IMG/VR virus record: IMGVR_UViG_3300042566_001780
Span: 124,001-188,000 of that record
Direction: 5' to 3' (one strand)
Length of the DNA stretch: 64,000 bases
Under the pieces are notes generated by a model, which ran no database searches, was not told the origin of the DNA, and was given only the letters and a program-made list of their open reading frames with translations. Shown piece after piece: positions 18,023-30,000 of this stretch (the stretch's first letter is position 1; the number at the start of each line of letters is the position of its first letter). Both the position numbers and the translations under genes were made by a program.

Positions 18023-20017
18023 ATGTCTGATTTCAAGTTTTTTGCTACCAAAGTTTTTGACAAGTTTACTGAAATGTCGAAGGGTGAACTGTTCACCGTC
18101 GATATTGATGGTGACAACCTGTACGCCCATTACATCAGCTCTTTCCCTGATGGCACTAATCCGATCTTCAAGACTCGGACAGAGCATGAGTGCTCTACCT
18201 GCAAGAACTTCATTCGCAATCTGGGTCTTGTTGTTTCCATCTCTGGTGGCAAACTGGATTCTGTTTGGAATGTGAAGGGTCTGCAAAGTCCCTACAAAGA
18301 AGTGGCTGCTGCACTTCATCAATATGTGGTGGTGAATAATGTCAAGACCATCTTCCGCTCTACAGAACGTTCGTATGGTGTTGCCGAATCCAAGCAATTG
18401 ATTGACAACAACATTCATCGTTGGAATCACCTACACGGTGTTGTGGCTGCAAAGCATTATGCCAAAGCAAATGCTGCAACTCAAATTGGCGAGTTCAATG
18501 CCCATATTCAGGTATTTTCTCGTGGGCTGGAAGAATTTACGAAAGACTCGATTGATTCTGTTCTGGATCTGATTGCCAGCAAGTCCATTTATCGCGGTGA
18601 AGAGCATAAGCCGGCTGTCGATGCGTTCAAGAAGCTGTTTGATGCTTATCACAAGCTGAAGACTGCCAAAGAGAAGAACATTTTCGTCATGGAAAATGCA
18701 AATACCTTTGGTGCTCGTATTCGTAACACTGTGATTGGCACCCTGATTCAAGATCTGTCGGCTGGTGAAGACTTGGAAAAGGCAGTTCGCTCGTTTGAAA
18801 CGAAGGTTTCACCTACCAACTACAAGCGCACTACGGCTCTCATTACACCCCGAATGATTCAAGATGCAATGAAGACTATCGGTGAACTTGGTCTTGAGTC
18901 TGCGCTGGAACGTCGTCTGGCAAACATCTCGGATGTTAGTGTCAATAACGTTCTGTGGGTGGATAATGCTGTCAAGCCCATGATGAAGGGCGGTATTGAA
19001 GGCTTGTTGATGGAGGCAACTTCGAGCAAGGATGCTGCTATTAGCTTCAAGAATCCGGTCAATATCGGGATTGAAGAGTTTATGGCTGATATTCTGCCAA
19101 GCGCTTCTGAAATCAACATGTGCGTGAAGAATGAGCATCTGGCAAATTTTGCTACGCTCACTGCTCCTGTTCATGCTGATTCTGAAAAACTGTTTAAGTG
19201 GAACAATGCGTTTGGTTGGTCGTATGATGGCAACATCACTGATACCATTCGTGAACGAGTGAAGGCTGCTGGTGGTAACGTTGATGCTAAGCTTCGATTT
19301 AGCCTGTCGTGGTTCAACTACGATGATCTGGACATCTATGTGACTGAACCTAACGGTCGAGAAATTTATTTCTGCAACAAGGATGGAAAACTTGATGTTG
19401 ACATGAATGCTGGTGGTGGTCGCAGCCGTACCCCGGTTGAGAACGTCAGTTTCAAGAATCCTCAAGATGGAGTTTACGTTGTCAAGGTGAATCAGTATTC
19501 TCGTCGTGAAACTACAAATGTTGGTTTTGTGATTGAAGCAGCCTCGGGTTCTGGTACTAATCAGTACTCGTACAATAAGGCAGTTTCTGGCAAAATTAAT
19601 GTTGGTAGCTTTACCGTGAAGAACGGTGTCATTGTTGATGTCAAGATGGGTGCTGGAATTTCTGGTACTGGAATCTCCGAAACTAAATGGGGTGTCAAGA
19701 CTGAGAGCCCGGTGAAAGTGAAGACTGTTATGTTTAGCCCCAACTATTGGGATGACAATAAGGTCGGTAACAAGCATTGGTTCTTTATCTTGGAAGGTTG
19801 CAAAACTGACCAAGCAGCCCGAGGGATTTATAATGAATTCCTTGACGCGCGACTTGAAAAGCACCGCAAAGTGTTTGAAGTCCTGGGTGACAAGACAAAG
19901 TGTCCAGCTATTGATGATCAATTGAGTGGTTTGGGTTTCTCTTCTACTCGAAAAGATCAAGTTTTGGTTAGTGTGAAACTCGGTAAATCGACAAAAGTGT
20001 TTAATATCAATTTTTAA
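18023..20017 (+). CDS. Large hypothetical protein (664 aa) with YfaP/DUF2135-like segment
   Basis: HECSTCKNF Cys motif; DDLDIYVTEPNG...LDVDMNAGG...PVENV segment. Confidence 0.7.
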   Translation: MSDFKFFATKVFDKFTEMSKGELFTVDIDGDNLYAHYISSFPDGTNPIFKTRTEHECSTCKNFIRNLGLVVSISGGKLDSVWNVKGLQSPYKEVAAALHQYVVVNNVKTIFRSTERSYGVAESKQLIDNNIHRWNHLHGVVAAKHYAKANAATQIGEFNAHIQVFSRGLEEFTKDSIDSVLDLIASKSIYRGEEHKPAVDAFKKLFDAYHKLKTAKEKNIFVMENANTFGARIRNTVIGTLIQDLSAGEDLEKAVRSFETKVSPTNYKRTTALITPRMIQDAMKTIGELGLESALERRLANISDVSVNNVLWVDNAVKPMMKGGIEGLLMEATSSKDAAISFKNPVNIGIEEFMADILPSASEINMCVKNEHLANFATLTAPVHADSEKLFKWNNAFGWSYDGNITDTIRERVKAAGGNVDAKLRFSLSWFNYDDLDIYVTEPNGREIYFCNKDGKLDVDMNAGGGRSRTPVENVSFKNPQDGVYVVKVNQYSRRETTNVGFVIEAASGSGTNQYSYNKAVSGKINVGSFTVKNGVIVDVKMGAGISGTGISETKWGVKTESPVKVKTVMFSPNYWDDNKVGNKHWFFILEGCKTDQAARGIYNEFLDARLEKHRKVFEVLGDKTKCPAIDDQLSGLGFSSTRKDQVLVSVKLGKSTKVFNINF

Positions 20018-20024
20018 AAGGTGA

Positions 20025-20447
20025 ATGAAAATGACTGCAAATATCTTTATGCAAGCTTCCCGCATGAAACTGCGTTTCCCCTCTAACAAGGGTGATCTAA
20101 CTGTGGAACAACTGTGGGATCTTCCGCTGTCTTCCAAGACGGCTTTTGATCTGGATACCATTGCCCGTGCAGTGTATACTCAGATGAATGCTGTGTCGGA
20201 ACCGAGTTTTGTGGCAGTTCGTTCCAATCCCGTCAAGGAAAAGCTGGAATTGTCTCTGGAAATCGTGAAGCACATCATCTCGGTGAAGATGGCTGAAAAT
20301 GAAGTGGCCGCAAAGCGTGCCGCAGCTCGAGTGGAACGTGATCGACTGATGTCTATCCTGGCAGATAAGCAGGATGCAGAAACCCGATCGCTGTCTGTGG
20401 ATGAAATCCGCAAGCGCCTCGCGGATCTGGATGCAGAAACTGCTTAA
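20025..20447 (+). CDS. Hypothetical coiled-coil protein
   Basis: LRFPSNKGDLTVEQLWDLPL N-terminus and helical C-terminus; directly follows the 664-aa gene. Confidence 0.75.
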   Translation: MKMTANIFMQASRMKLRFPSNKGDLTVEQLWDLPLSSKTAFDLDTIARAVYTQMNAVSEPSFVAVRSNPVKEKLELSLEIVKHIISVKMAENEVAAKRAAARVERDRLMSILADKQDAETRSLSVDEIRKRLADLDAETA

Positions 20448-20458
20448 TTGAAAACGTA

Positions 20459-20489
20459 AATAGGATAGGGAATTGTTCCCTATCCTATT
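20459..20489 (+). terminator. 14-bp hairpin separating the amber-interrupted gene pair from the upstream operon
   Basis: AATAGGATAGGGAA-TTG-TTCCCTATCCTATT; no clear T tract. Confidence 0.7.
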
Positions 20490-20508
20490 ACCACTAATGG
20501 AGAAAATC

Positions 20509-20847
20509 ATGAAATCGTAGATCAACCAAAAATTCTATCTGTACTCTATCTCTCGCTGTGATATCCCAATCGCACATCGCGCCATTCAGGCAACACACTC
20601 CGCGATGGAGTATTGTTACCAATTTGGCCGCTCTCCGGATTTTCATCCGTCTTTCATTCATCTAACTGCAAAAGACAAAGATGCTCTACTTGAGCTAAAG
20701 TCTAAGCTGAATGCATCTGGCATTCAGACTGCAGAATTTCACGAACCGTACAGTGACTGGGGGCTGACCTCAATTTCATGTTGTCTTTCTGAAGATCAGC
20801 GTGGAATGTTGTCGCATCTCAAACTTTGGTCCATTAAGGAGAAATGA
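20509..20847 (+). CDS. Peptidyl-tRNA hydrolase PTH2-like protein with in-frame TAG at codon 4
   Basis: GGAG RBS, then ATG AAA TCG TAG ATC, in frame with ORF 20605. The intervening sequence encodes YLYSISRCDIPIAHRAIQATHSA, matching the PTH2-fold N-terminal RxD...QxxH pattern. Confidence 0.75.
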
Positions 20848-20849
20848 GC

Positions 20850-21431
20850 ATGACGACGTAGATTCCTACTGTTGAAGAAGCAATTGAGAAATCTAGTGAG
20901 GGTTTTCAGTTTGCTACGGTGTCATTCTTGAGGCACGGTGAGCTTGTTGCTGAAAGGTTTGAGGACCTTATGTCTTTGGAAAGAAAACACCCCTGGGCCT
21001 CACCGGGATGGTTCTCGAGTCATTTTGAAGACATTCGATCTAAGCTATTACCACAAATGGACATGATCAAGACCTATCAAAAATTTCACGACATTGGAAA
21101 ACCATTCTGTAAAGTGGTTGATGAAAATGGAAAAGCTCATTATCCCAATCATGCAAAAATTTCAGCACAAATCTGGAACACATCTGGTCGATGTCCTATC
21201 ATTGGAGAATTGATTGCCCGTGATATGGAATTTCATCTCTTGAAACCTAGTGAAATTGATGAAAACTATCCCATTGATTCGCTAAGCTTGATTTTGATGG
21301 TGACTGCGTTATGTGAACTTTATGCAAATGCAGAAATGTTTGATGGACTTGAGTCTGATAGCTTCAAGATTAAATGGAAGCGATTGGACAAAATTGGGAG
21401 CAAACTAATTAGTAGGATGTTGAATCTGTGA
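20850..21431 (+). CDS. HD-domain protein with in-frame TAG at codon 4
   Basis: AAGGAG RBS, then ATG ACG ACG TAG ATT, in frame with ORF 20919. LRHGELV...YQKFHDIGKPF...HYPNHA HD motifs; the GTG at 20919 has no RBS. Confidence 0.75.
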
Positions 21432-21444
21432 CCCAGTAGAATTG

Positions 21445-21451
21445 CTAAATA
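21445..21451 (+). promoter_or_regulatory. T4-like late promoter motif CTAAATA
   Basis: The (C/TA)TAAATA motif recurs about 20-65 nt upstream of virion-type genes: 34768, 39912, 41404, 42750, 50148, 52796, 59835, 63570 (+) and 734, 32676, 33291, 63394 (-). Confidence 0.75.
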
Positions 21452-21480
21452 GCTTATTAGTTTACAAGTAAAAAGCAATT

Positions 21481-22566
21481 ATGTCAGGTTCACCCTTTTT
21501 AGATCAGCTTCAAGAAAACGTAAGAAATTACGTTGAGCGCACCAGCGGAAATGGATCTAGAACTTTGGGAGTCGAAGACATAATTGCTTCATCATTAGCA
21601 CGAGTAAAACCTGCATCTTCGAATGTAGTAGATACTAATGTGCCGGGGTATCCGCCAACCCCAACCGGTTTTACTGTTTCAGCAGAATCTTCCTACATTG
21701 TTGTATCACATGATCAACCGATTTATACTTTGGGTGGCGGGCACTCTCTAACTAGAGTGTATGGTAAATTAAAAGTAGATTCTCAAATACCAGTTTTTGC
21801 TGACGCTGAAGAAATAGGTCAATTTACCGGATATATTTGGCTGATGCCGGCCAGCCCAAATGAAATTTGGCATTTGTGGATAAAGTGGGAAGCCATAAAT
21901 GAGAATATCAGTAATACTCCTGCTGGTGGAGATAATGGATTAGTCGCTACTACAAGTAAGGTAGATGCTGCCAGTATCGATACCCGTGGCTTAGACATTA
22001 AAGATGACTCTGGAAATACTATTTTTTCTCCGACTGGAGAAATTTCCAATCAAGCTTTCTTGAATGTTAATGGAAATAACATTCTTTTGTCTGATATTGC
22101 ATCAGGTAGTCTGATACCGGCATTAAGCTATGTTGGAGATTTTGCTACACCACCAACTGAAGGTACCCTGGGTGGTGATTGGCGACAAAATGCAGTCTAT
22201 AAAAACCCAACTGATGGAAAATCATATGTGTTAACCGGTTCTCCGTTAGCTTGGGTAGAATATTTGGTCGACGGCCAATCATTCTATTTGACAATAGAAT
22301 CTACTAATGGAACATCCTTTAGAGTTGGCCAGAATATAAATACAACATTGAAGGCACGATTATTTAAAAATGGTGCTGAAGTTACAAATGAAACCCCGGA
22401 AAGTTGGTTCTTTTGGCGCCGATTATCTGGAATACCCCAACAACCACCTAATGACGATGCAACATGGAATGCCCTGTACGCTGGCGGATATAAACAAGTG
22501 ACAATTAATGTCGATGATGTTTATGCTCGTGCTACATTTTTCTGTGACATCATAAGTAATTACTAA
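21481..22566 (+). CDS. Tail fibre/tail tip-associated structural protein
   Basis: Late promoter upstream; Thr/Gly/Ser-rich beta-type sequence; C-terminal Ig-like segment (TTLKARLFKNGAEVT...WFFWRR). Confidence 0.6.
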   Translation: MSGSPFLDQLQENVRNYVERTSGNGSRTLGVEDIIASSLARVKPASSNVVDTNVPGYPPTPTGFTVSAESSYIVVSHDQPIYTLGGGHSLTRVYGKLKVDSQIPVFADAEEIGQFTGYIWLMPASPNEIWHLWIKWEAINENISNTPAGGDNGLVATTSKVDAASIDTRGLDIKDDSGNTIFSPTGEISNQAFLNVNGNNILLSDIASGSLIPALSYVGDFATPPTEGTLGGDWRQNAVYKNPTDGKSYVLTGSPLAWVEYLVDGQSFYLTIESTNGTSFRVGQNINTTLKARLFKNGAEVTNETPESWFFWRRLSGIPQQPPNDDATWNALYAGGYKQVTINVDDVYARATFFCDIISNY

Positions 22567-22574
22567 GGAAAATC

Positions 22575-24041
22575 ATGGCCCAATTAGTTTCAACTGGTCA
22601 AATAACAATCGTTGATACCAACGATGCGCGCACCATAACAGCAGTTTTAGTTGCAAATGGAGCAACACAACAGATCTATACAAAAGATGAATCGACGGTA
22701 ACATATGTGCCAAGTTGGTTTACGACCAACTTGGTGATTACACCGCAGATTGCTATTGGCGGTATGACATCTGCGCAAACTTGGGCTGCACTTAGTAATA
22801 AAACTTTTGCTTTAACAGCAGGCGGTGCAGCTTTAACGACAGCCTCTACATCTGCTTCATTCGTCAATAACAGCGATGTGGTAGTGAACACGCCATTTGT
22901 CGTTACTCATGCAGCAGCAGGATCTTCCACACCGTCAACTATAGCTATAGCAGCAAACCTTAAAGATTCAGTGGCTGCATTTACGTTATTTTTTGATGCT
23001 GATTTTGTTGATCCAACCACACTTTTAGTAACGCATATCACATGTCAGATTACTCTCACCACGGTGAAGACTGGCACTAATGCTGTTTTTATTACGTTGC
23101 GCGGACAAACTAGTATCGAAGAAGCTACGGGATCTGTTAAAAACAATATTGCAATTGCCGCAGATTTAGTTCGCTCTAGCGGAATTGATACCACTAATTT
23201 AACTTATAAGTGGTATGAAGACGGAGGTGGTGTTCAGATCACGACATCACTTGCTAGTTATGCTACTAAATATGGGTTGAAAACATCCAGTGCCGGCACT
23301 GTACCAACAGCAACCGGCACTGACCTTGGTGTAAACATTCCAGGAGTTGGTACTGGAAATGCTTTTAACACATTAGTAATCAATGAAACTGCTGTTGCAG
23401 ATATTGAAATATATAAGGTTGAAATTACTGATGGTGATTCAAAAACATATGTAGCATATTTCACAATCTATGATTTAAGCGATCCTTATGAAGTCCGAGT
23501 TTTATCGTCAACTGGAGATAAGTTGCAAAATGGTCAGGGGAGCACAGTTTTAACACCTGAAGTATTTTACGGTGCCACAAAAGTCTCGTCATTGACAGAT
23601 TGGTCATTTACGTGGTTCTTCTATGATAGGAATGGTAAACGGGGTGCTTTTGTTGACACGGCAAAAATTAGCACTGCTGGCGGAGCTAATATTTCAGCAA
23701 ACACTACAGGTAATAGCGCCACTTTTACATATGGTGGTACTAGCTACGCCTTTACCGCTGGTATGATTATTAAGGCAGTGAAGCCAAATGGAGAAGCATT
23801 TTTCTATGAAGTTGCAAGTAGCACCACAAATAGCGTAACTATTAGAGCACCGTCGATTAACACATGGTTGACATTTGTTGATTATCCTGCCCCGTCATCT
23901 ACTACTGATTTTGTTAATGGAAAACTATTTGGATGTACTACAGGTGGCACCAGAACCACTATCAACAACAATAGCATTACATTGACTGGTGATGAAGTTG
24001 ACAGTAAAGCTAGAATCTTAGTTGAAGCTTATCGTCCATAA
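22575..24041 (+). CDS. Tail fibre-associated structural protein
   Basis: MAQLVSTGQITIVDTND start parallels MPTLVSSGDITISDVND of the next gene; Ig-like beta-rich sequence. Confidence 0.6.
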   Translation: MAQLVSTGQITIVDTNDARTITAVLVANGATQQIYTKDESTVTYVPSWFTTNLVITPQIAIGGMTSAQTWAALSNKTFALTAGGAALTTASTSASFVNNSDVVVNTPFVVTHAAAGSSTPSTIAIAANLKDSVAAFTLFFDADFVDPTTLLVTHITCQITLTTVKTGTNAVFITLRGQTSIEEATGSVKNNIAIAADLVRSSGIDTTNLTYKWYEDGGGVQITTSLASYATKYGLKTSSAGTVPTATGTDLGVNIPGVGTGNAFNTLVINETAVADIEIYKVEITDGDSKTYVAYFTIYDLSDPYEVRVLSSTGDKLQNGQGSTVLTPEVFYGATKVSSLTDWSFTWFFYDRNGKRGAFVDTAKISTAGGANISANTTGNSATFTYGGTSYAFTAGMIIKAVKPNGEAFFYEVASSTTNSVTIRAPSINTWLTFVDYPAPSSTTDFVNGKLFGCTTGGTRTTINNNSITLTGDEVDSKARILVEAYRP

Positions 24042-24092
24042 TAATAGATAACAAACTGCTGCAACTTTCATATTCGATAAAAATCTAAAAAT

Positions 24093-27000
24093 ATGCCAAC
24101 ATTAGTAAGTTCTGGTGACATCACTATTAGCGATGTCAATGATGGTCTTAATGCAAGACTATCTAATGAGTCACACGTTATTCCAACAGATGCAGATGGG
24201 TTAAATGGAGATTTCTCTGGTTGCTCTACTACTATATCTGTGTTTGTTGGTCCCATAGATGATTCTGCAAACTGGACTATTACAGCTTTGGCATCTCCAG
24301 GTTTAACTGGTACATTAGCTGGCAGGACGTATACGGTAACTGCATTGAGCGGAGATATTGGGTATGTTGATCTAACTGCTTCTAAAACTGGTTTCCCATC
24401 TATTACGTCTAGATTTTCTGTTTCTAAAGCAGTTGCTGGCACCAATGGTCAAGATGCATCTCAAATTGCTGTAGTTGCAACCCAATGGGATTATCGTGAC
24501 GATGATGCAGCTTGGGGCATCAGAATTAACGGTACACTGCAAACAGGCGCTGCACGTGGTCATAAACTTGTAGTATTGAACCCAGCTACTAATACAGTAT
24601 CGATAAATCAAAACTACGATACTTATGGATCTGTATCTAATACAGATAGTTTGGCTGCTGCAATTTCTGCGGTTGCGGACGGACTAGTGGTCATTCTTAC
24701 CACATATGATGCTACTCAATGTAATCAAAATTTGAGAAATGCTTTAAGATTATGCGGAAGTGAATCAACTGAAACCTGGGCAACACAACGTAAATCTCAC
24801 GCTTTCATTGGCCAAAAAGGTCTTCCTATTGGTGCTGCATATGAAAAGACTGGATTTGGCACCACCTCTGCTGGTACTTCAAGAGTAGCTGCATATTTTA
24901 CCACTAGTGGCGTTGTGCGAAATGGATCTACTGCATTTAATGCAGTTTCAGCAATTCTTTCTAATGAAGCACATGTGTTTACTGCATCAACTGCCGGTGT
25001 GGTTGCTTCATATGTTGGATCTGGCACTGAGCTACGGGTGTATGATGGTACTGTTTTATTGACATATGATGGTTCTGGTACTTTACCAGGTACTTGGAAG
25101 TTTACAAATGTTGCTTCAAACATCACAATTGGGGCGATATCTGATAGCGGCGCATTTGCCACTATTGGCGATCATTCAGGTGTTGCTGATGGTGTTGACA
25201 CATCTAGCATTACATACACTATTACTGGTAAATCGTTAATTAATTCCGATTTCACTTTAGTGAAGGTACAGACCTTTAGTAAAGCTAAACGTGGAATAGA
25301 AGGCGATAATGCTATATCCGTAACGCTATCAAATGAAACTCACGTTTTTCCAGCTACTTACACAAATATAGTTTCTAATTATAGGAATTCTGGAACTGAA
25401 ATCCAAGTTCTTGAAGGAGCAACTGAATTAGCATATGATGCGGCCGGGTTAACTCCCGGCACATGGAAAGTTGATACCTCATCAAGTAACATAGTTGCCG
25501 GTCCTGTCAAAAAATTTATTTTGGGAGATGATTGGGTTTTTAATGATGGGATGGGCAGCAGTGGATGGGGGGTTAATACTGCAGTAACTTGTATTATTTG
25601 GGCAAATAATCAATTTATTGCTGGTGGCACAAATGGAAAAATTGCTACTAGTTCTGATGGAATTACCTGGTCGGTAAATGAAAATTTATCAAAAACTGGG
25701 TGGGGAGATAGCGTAATTTTAGACATAATTTGGACTGGTGTTCAGTATGTTTTAGTAGGAGCCAATGCTACCTATTCTTCAGATCTTAGTATTTGGTATG
25801 CAAATGGATCAATAAATTCTACAGCTGTGGCTACTAGTTCTGATGGAATTAATTGGGAATATCAACCCGACTTAAATCTAAAAACAAATAATGGCGCATT
25901 ATGCATAGCTTGGAATGGATCAAAATATGTTGCTGGTGGTCAAGCTGGGTTAATAGCAACCAGTTTAGATGCTAAAACCTGGGAAATTAGCACAAATTTG
26001 TCGTCTACTGCGTGGGGCACAAATGTATCTGGTGATTCAGTTGATGTTCTTGATATAAATTGGAATGGATCGCAATTTTTAGCTGTAGGGGTTTTGGGGC
26101 GTGTGGCCACCAGTCCTGACGGTGTAACTTGGACATATCAGGCTGGGTTAACTAGTACAGCATGGGGGACCAGTTTAACTGGCGCGGTTAGATCAATTAA
26201 TTGGAATGGGTCCCAGTATGTTATTGTTGGGCAAGGCGGGAGAGTGGCTACAAGTCCTAATGGTATCACGTGGACATATCAAAGTGGATTAGCAAGTACT
26301 GCTTGGGGTGCAGGAGCAATATATTCTATAAATTGGAATGGATCTCAATATATTGTAGTTGGCGCATCTGGCAAAGTAGCTACAAGCCCAGATGGAATAA
26401 CTTGGACATATCAGAGCGGGATAACGAGTGTATGGGGGTCGAGTTATGATGCCTTTACTGTTATTTGGAATGGATCCAAATATGTCGTTGGTGGCGTTAG
26501 TGGATCAGTGGCAACGAGCGCCGATGGTATTACTTGGGCAAATCAGGGTGGGCTAGCTGGAACTGATAAGTGGTTAGATTCACCAGTTAATTCAGGAACA
26601 TTATTATCTAGATATGCTATTATTGGTGGTGACGGAGCTAAATTAGCAGTTAGATTTAATGATGAATGGGAATTTCAAGATGCTTTTGCCATTAAATCTG
26701 CTATCGATCTAACAGTTTTAGATTTTAATGGTTCGCAATATATTGTTGGCGGGACAAATGCAACGCTAGCTATAAGCAGTGATGGAATATATTGGACATA
26801 CCAAGATGGACTGGCTAATGCGAGCTGGGGGACCAGTGCTACTTACGATATAAATTGGAATGGATTTCAATACATGGCTGTCGGAGCTGGAGGCCGAGTA
26901 GCAACAAGTCCAGATGGTATTACCTGGACATATCAAAGCAGTCTAGCTAGTACAACTTGGGCGACAGCTACGGCTTATTCGATTAGTTGGAATGGATCTC

Positions 27001-30000
27001 AATATGTTATAGTTGGTACTTTAGGCAGGGTCGCTACAAGTCCAGATGGCATAACTTGGACTTATCAGGGCGGCTTGGCTAGTACAACTTGGAGCACTGC
27101 TACGGCCCGCTGTATTGTTTGGAACGGGTCACAATATCTCGTTGTAGGACAATCTGGACGAGTAGCTACAAGCCCAGATGGCATAACTTGGACTTATCAG
27201 GGTGGACTTAGAGCTACTTCGTGGGGAACATTAGATACGGTGTTTGATGTCCATTGGAATGGATCACAGTATTTGGTTGTTGGAGATTCAGGTAAAGTTG
27301 CAACTAGTCCAGATGGAATAACTTGGACAAATCAAACAGGCTTATCGAGTACTACTTGGGGGACGGTCAATGAAATATATTCAATTGGTTGGGATGGATC
27401 TCAATATGTAGTTTGCGGCATGGATGGTGATATAGCTACTAGCTTTGATGGTATAACATGGAAATACCAAGCGGGGCTTTGGAATACACCATGGGGAGCA
27501 TTAGATTATGCTAATAGCATTATTTGGGATGGAACACAATTCTTAGTTGTCGGGGATAATAGAAAATTAGCTACCAGCGTAGATGGAGTAAACTGGAAAT
27601 TTAAACCTAATTTATCTGGATGGAAAAATTCTGGGAATGTAAACCATCTTGCAAATATAGATAATACTGTTTATGCTCTTGGATCTGCTGGGAATATTGC
27701 ATGTTCAAATAATCTTATAGATTGGACATTTTTAGCCCCGGTTGGTGCTGTTGACATAGGGGCCGTTTCGCTTACTGGTATTGCAAAATCTGCAAATGAC
27801 ACATTATGTGCAATTGGGTCAAATAATCTAGTTATGGTGGGCAATGAGAATCAAAACTTATCATTACGCCTCGGTTATGCATCAATAAACACACGCTTTT
27901 TTGCTAATACCGCAAATAAAATAAATTGGAATGGTACACAATACCTTGCTGTTGGTAATGATGCAAGCATAGCAACTAGCGTAGATGGCGTAACGTGGGT
28001 TAATCAAGTTGGCTTAATAAGCGCTGACTGGGGAATAAGTAATATAAATGATGTCCATTGGAATGGATCACAATATGTCGTTGTTGGCAATTCTGGCAAA
28101 GTAGCTACGAGTCCAGATGGAATAACTTGGACAAATCAAACAGGCCTATCGAGTACTGCTTGGGGGATAGATGATATTTTTGCAGTGGCGTGGAATGGAT
28201 CGCAATACATAGTTGGTAGCAATTATGGTGGTATTGCAACTAGCCCAGATGGAATAACTTGGACATATAGAAGTGGATTAGCAAGCACAACGTGGGGAGC
28301 GGCTGCTGTGCGTGCAATTAACTGGAATGGATCGCAATATCTAGTGGCTGGTGCTTCTGGCAAAGTAGCTACAAGTCCAGATGGTATTACATGGGCATAT
28401 CAGGGGGGTTTAACCAGCACTACATGGGGGACAACTACGGCATATTTTGTTAACTGGAATGGATCACAGTATCTTATAGGCGGCGCAGCTGGGCGAATAG
28501 CAACTAGCCCAGATGGAATAACTTGGACATATAGAAGTGGATTAGCAAGCACAACGTGGGGGTCAGCATCGACAGCTATTGTTTATTCTATTAATTGGAA
28601 TGGATCGCAATATCTAGTGGCTGGTGGATCAGGTAAAGTTGCAACTAGCCCAGATGGAATAACTTGGACATATCAGAGCGGGTTGACTAGCACTGCGTGG
28701 AGTTCTAGCGCTGTTTTTTCAATTAGCTGGAATGGATCGCAATATCTAGTTGTTGGGGAATTGGGTAAAGTTGCAAGTAGCACAACTGGAGTATCTTGGG
28801 TGTATGGCCGCAGATTAACAAGTACTACATGGGGCGGGAGTGATATAAACGATATAGTTTGGAATGGATCTCAATATCTAGTTATTGGTGATTCAGGTAA
28901 AGTTGCAACTAGCACAACTGGAGTATCTTGGTCTTATCAACCATTATTGCAAGATACTTTATGGAGATCTACAAATATTAACGCAATTAACTGGAATGGA
29001 TCTCAATATCTTATATGCGGCGAGGGCGGTGCTATAGCAACCAGCCCAAATGGGGTAACTTGGACATATCAAAGTGGATTGACGAGCACTGCATGGGGGA
29101 CAACTGCCGTTTATGCAATTAACTGGAATGGATCGCAATATCTCATAGCTGGTGGATCAGGTAAAGTTGCAACTAGTCCAGATGGAATAACTTGGACAAA
29201 TCAAACAGGCCTATCGAGTACTGCTTGGGGGACAAATACTATATATTCTATTAGTTGGGGTGGATCTCAATATGTTATTGCTGGGAATTCTGGCGCTATA
29301 GCAACCAGCCCAAATGGGGTAACTTGGACATATCAAGGTGGTTTAGCCAGTACTGCTTGGGCGACTAGTGCAGTACGCAGCATTGTTTGGAATGGATCGC
29401 AATATCTAGTGGCTGGTGCTTCTGGCAAAGTAGCAACAAGCCCAAATGGAGTAACTTGGACATATCAAGGTGGTTTAGCCAGTACTGCTTGGGGTGCCGA
29501 AATAGTTTATTCAATAAGCTGGAATGGTTCACGTTATATAGTAGCAGGTGGTGATATTGGATCTACTGGTAAAGTAGCCACAAGTTCAAATGGCGTAACA
29601 TGGACATTTGCAGATATAAATAATGATTCTTCGTCTACGCCCATTTTAACAAAAAGTTATTACGATGGAACACGATTCATATTATGCAGCTCAGGCCAAT
29701 TGTGGTTTAGCACGGTCGGGGATATTAGCTTTTTATATCCTACTTGGACTATTACCCAAGCATTGCCAGCCGGATCTGAATGGAATACAAATACCTATGC
29801 TTCATCAATAGCATGGGGCAATAATGTTTTTTGTGTTGTTGGCGAATACGGAAGAGTGGCTACGAGTGTTGATGGTAATATTTGGATACACCAGGAATTG
29901 CTTAATTCAATTGGCGGATGGAACTATTCAAACATTAATCAAGTAATTTTTGCAAATGGAGTATTTTGCATTATTGGGGATTATGGCAATACAGCCATAA

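Noticed and set aside
18809-20161. Long antisense ORFs (also 5487-6593, 6609-7691, 1769-2662, 13023-13970, 15784-16659)
   Set aside because: They shadow well-supported plus-strand genes, reflect codon bias, and have no recognisable motifs.
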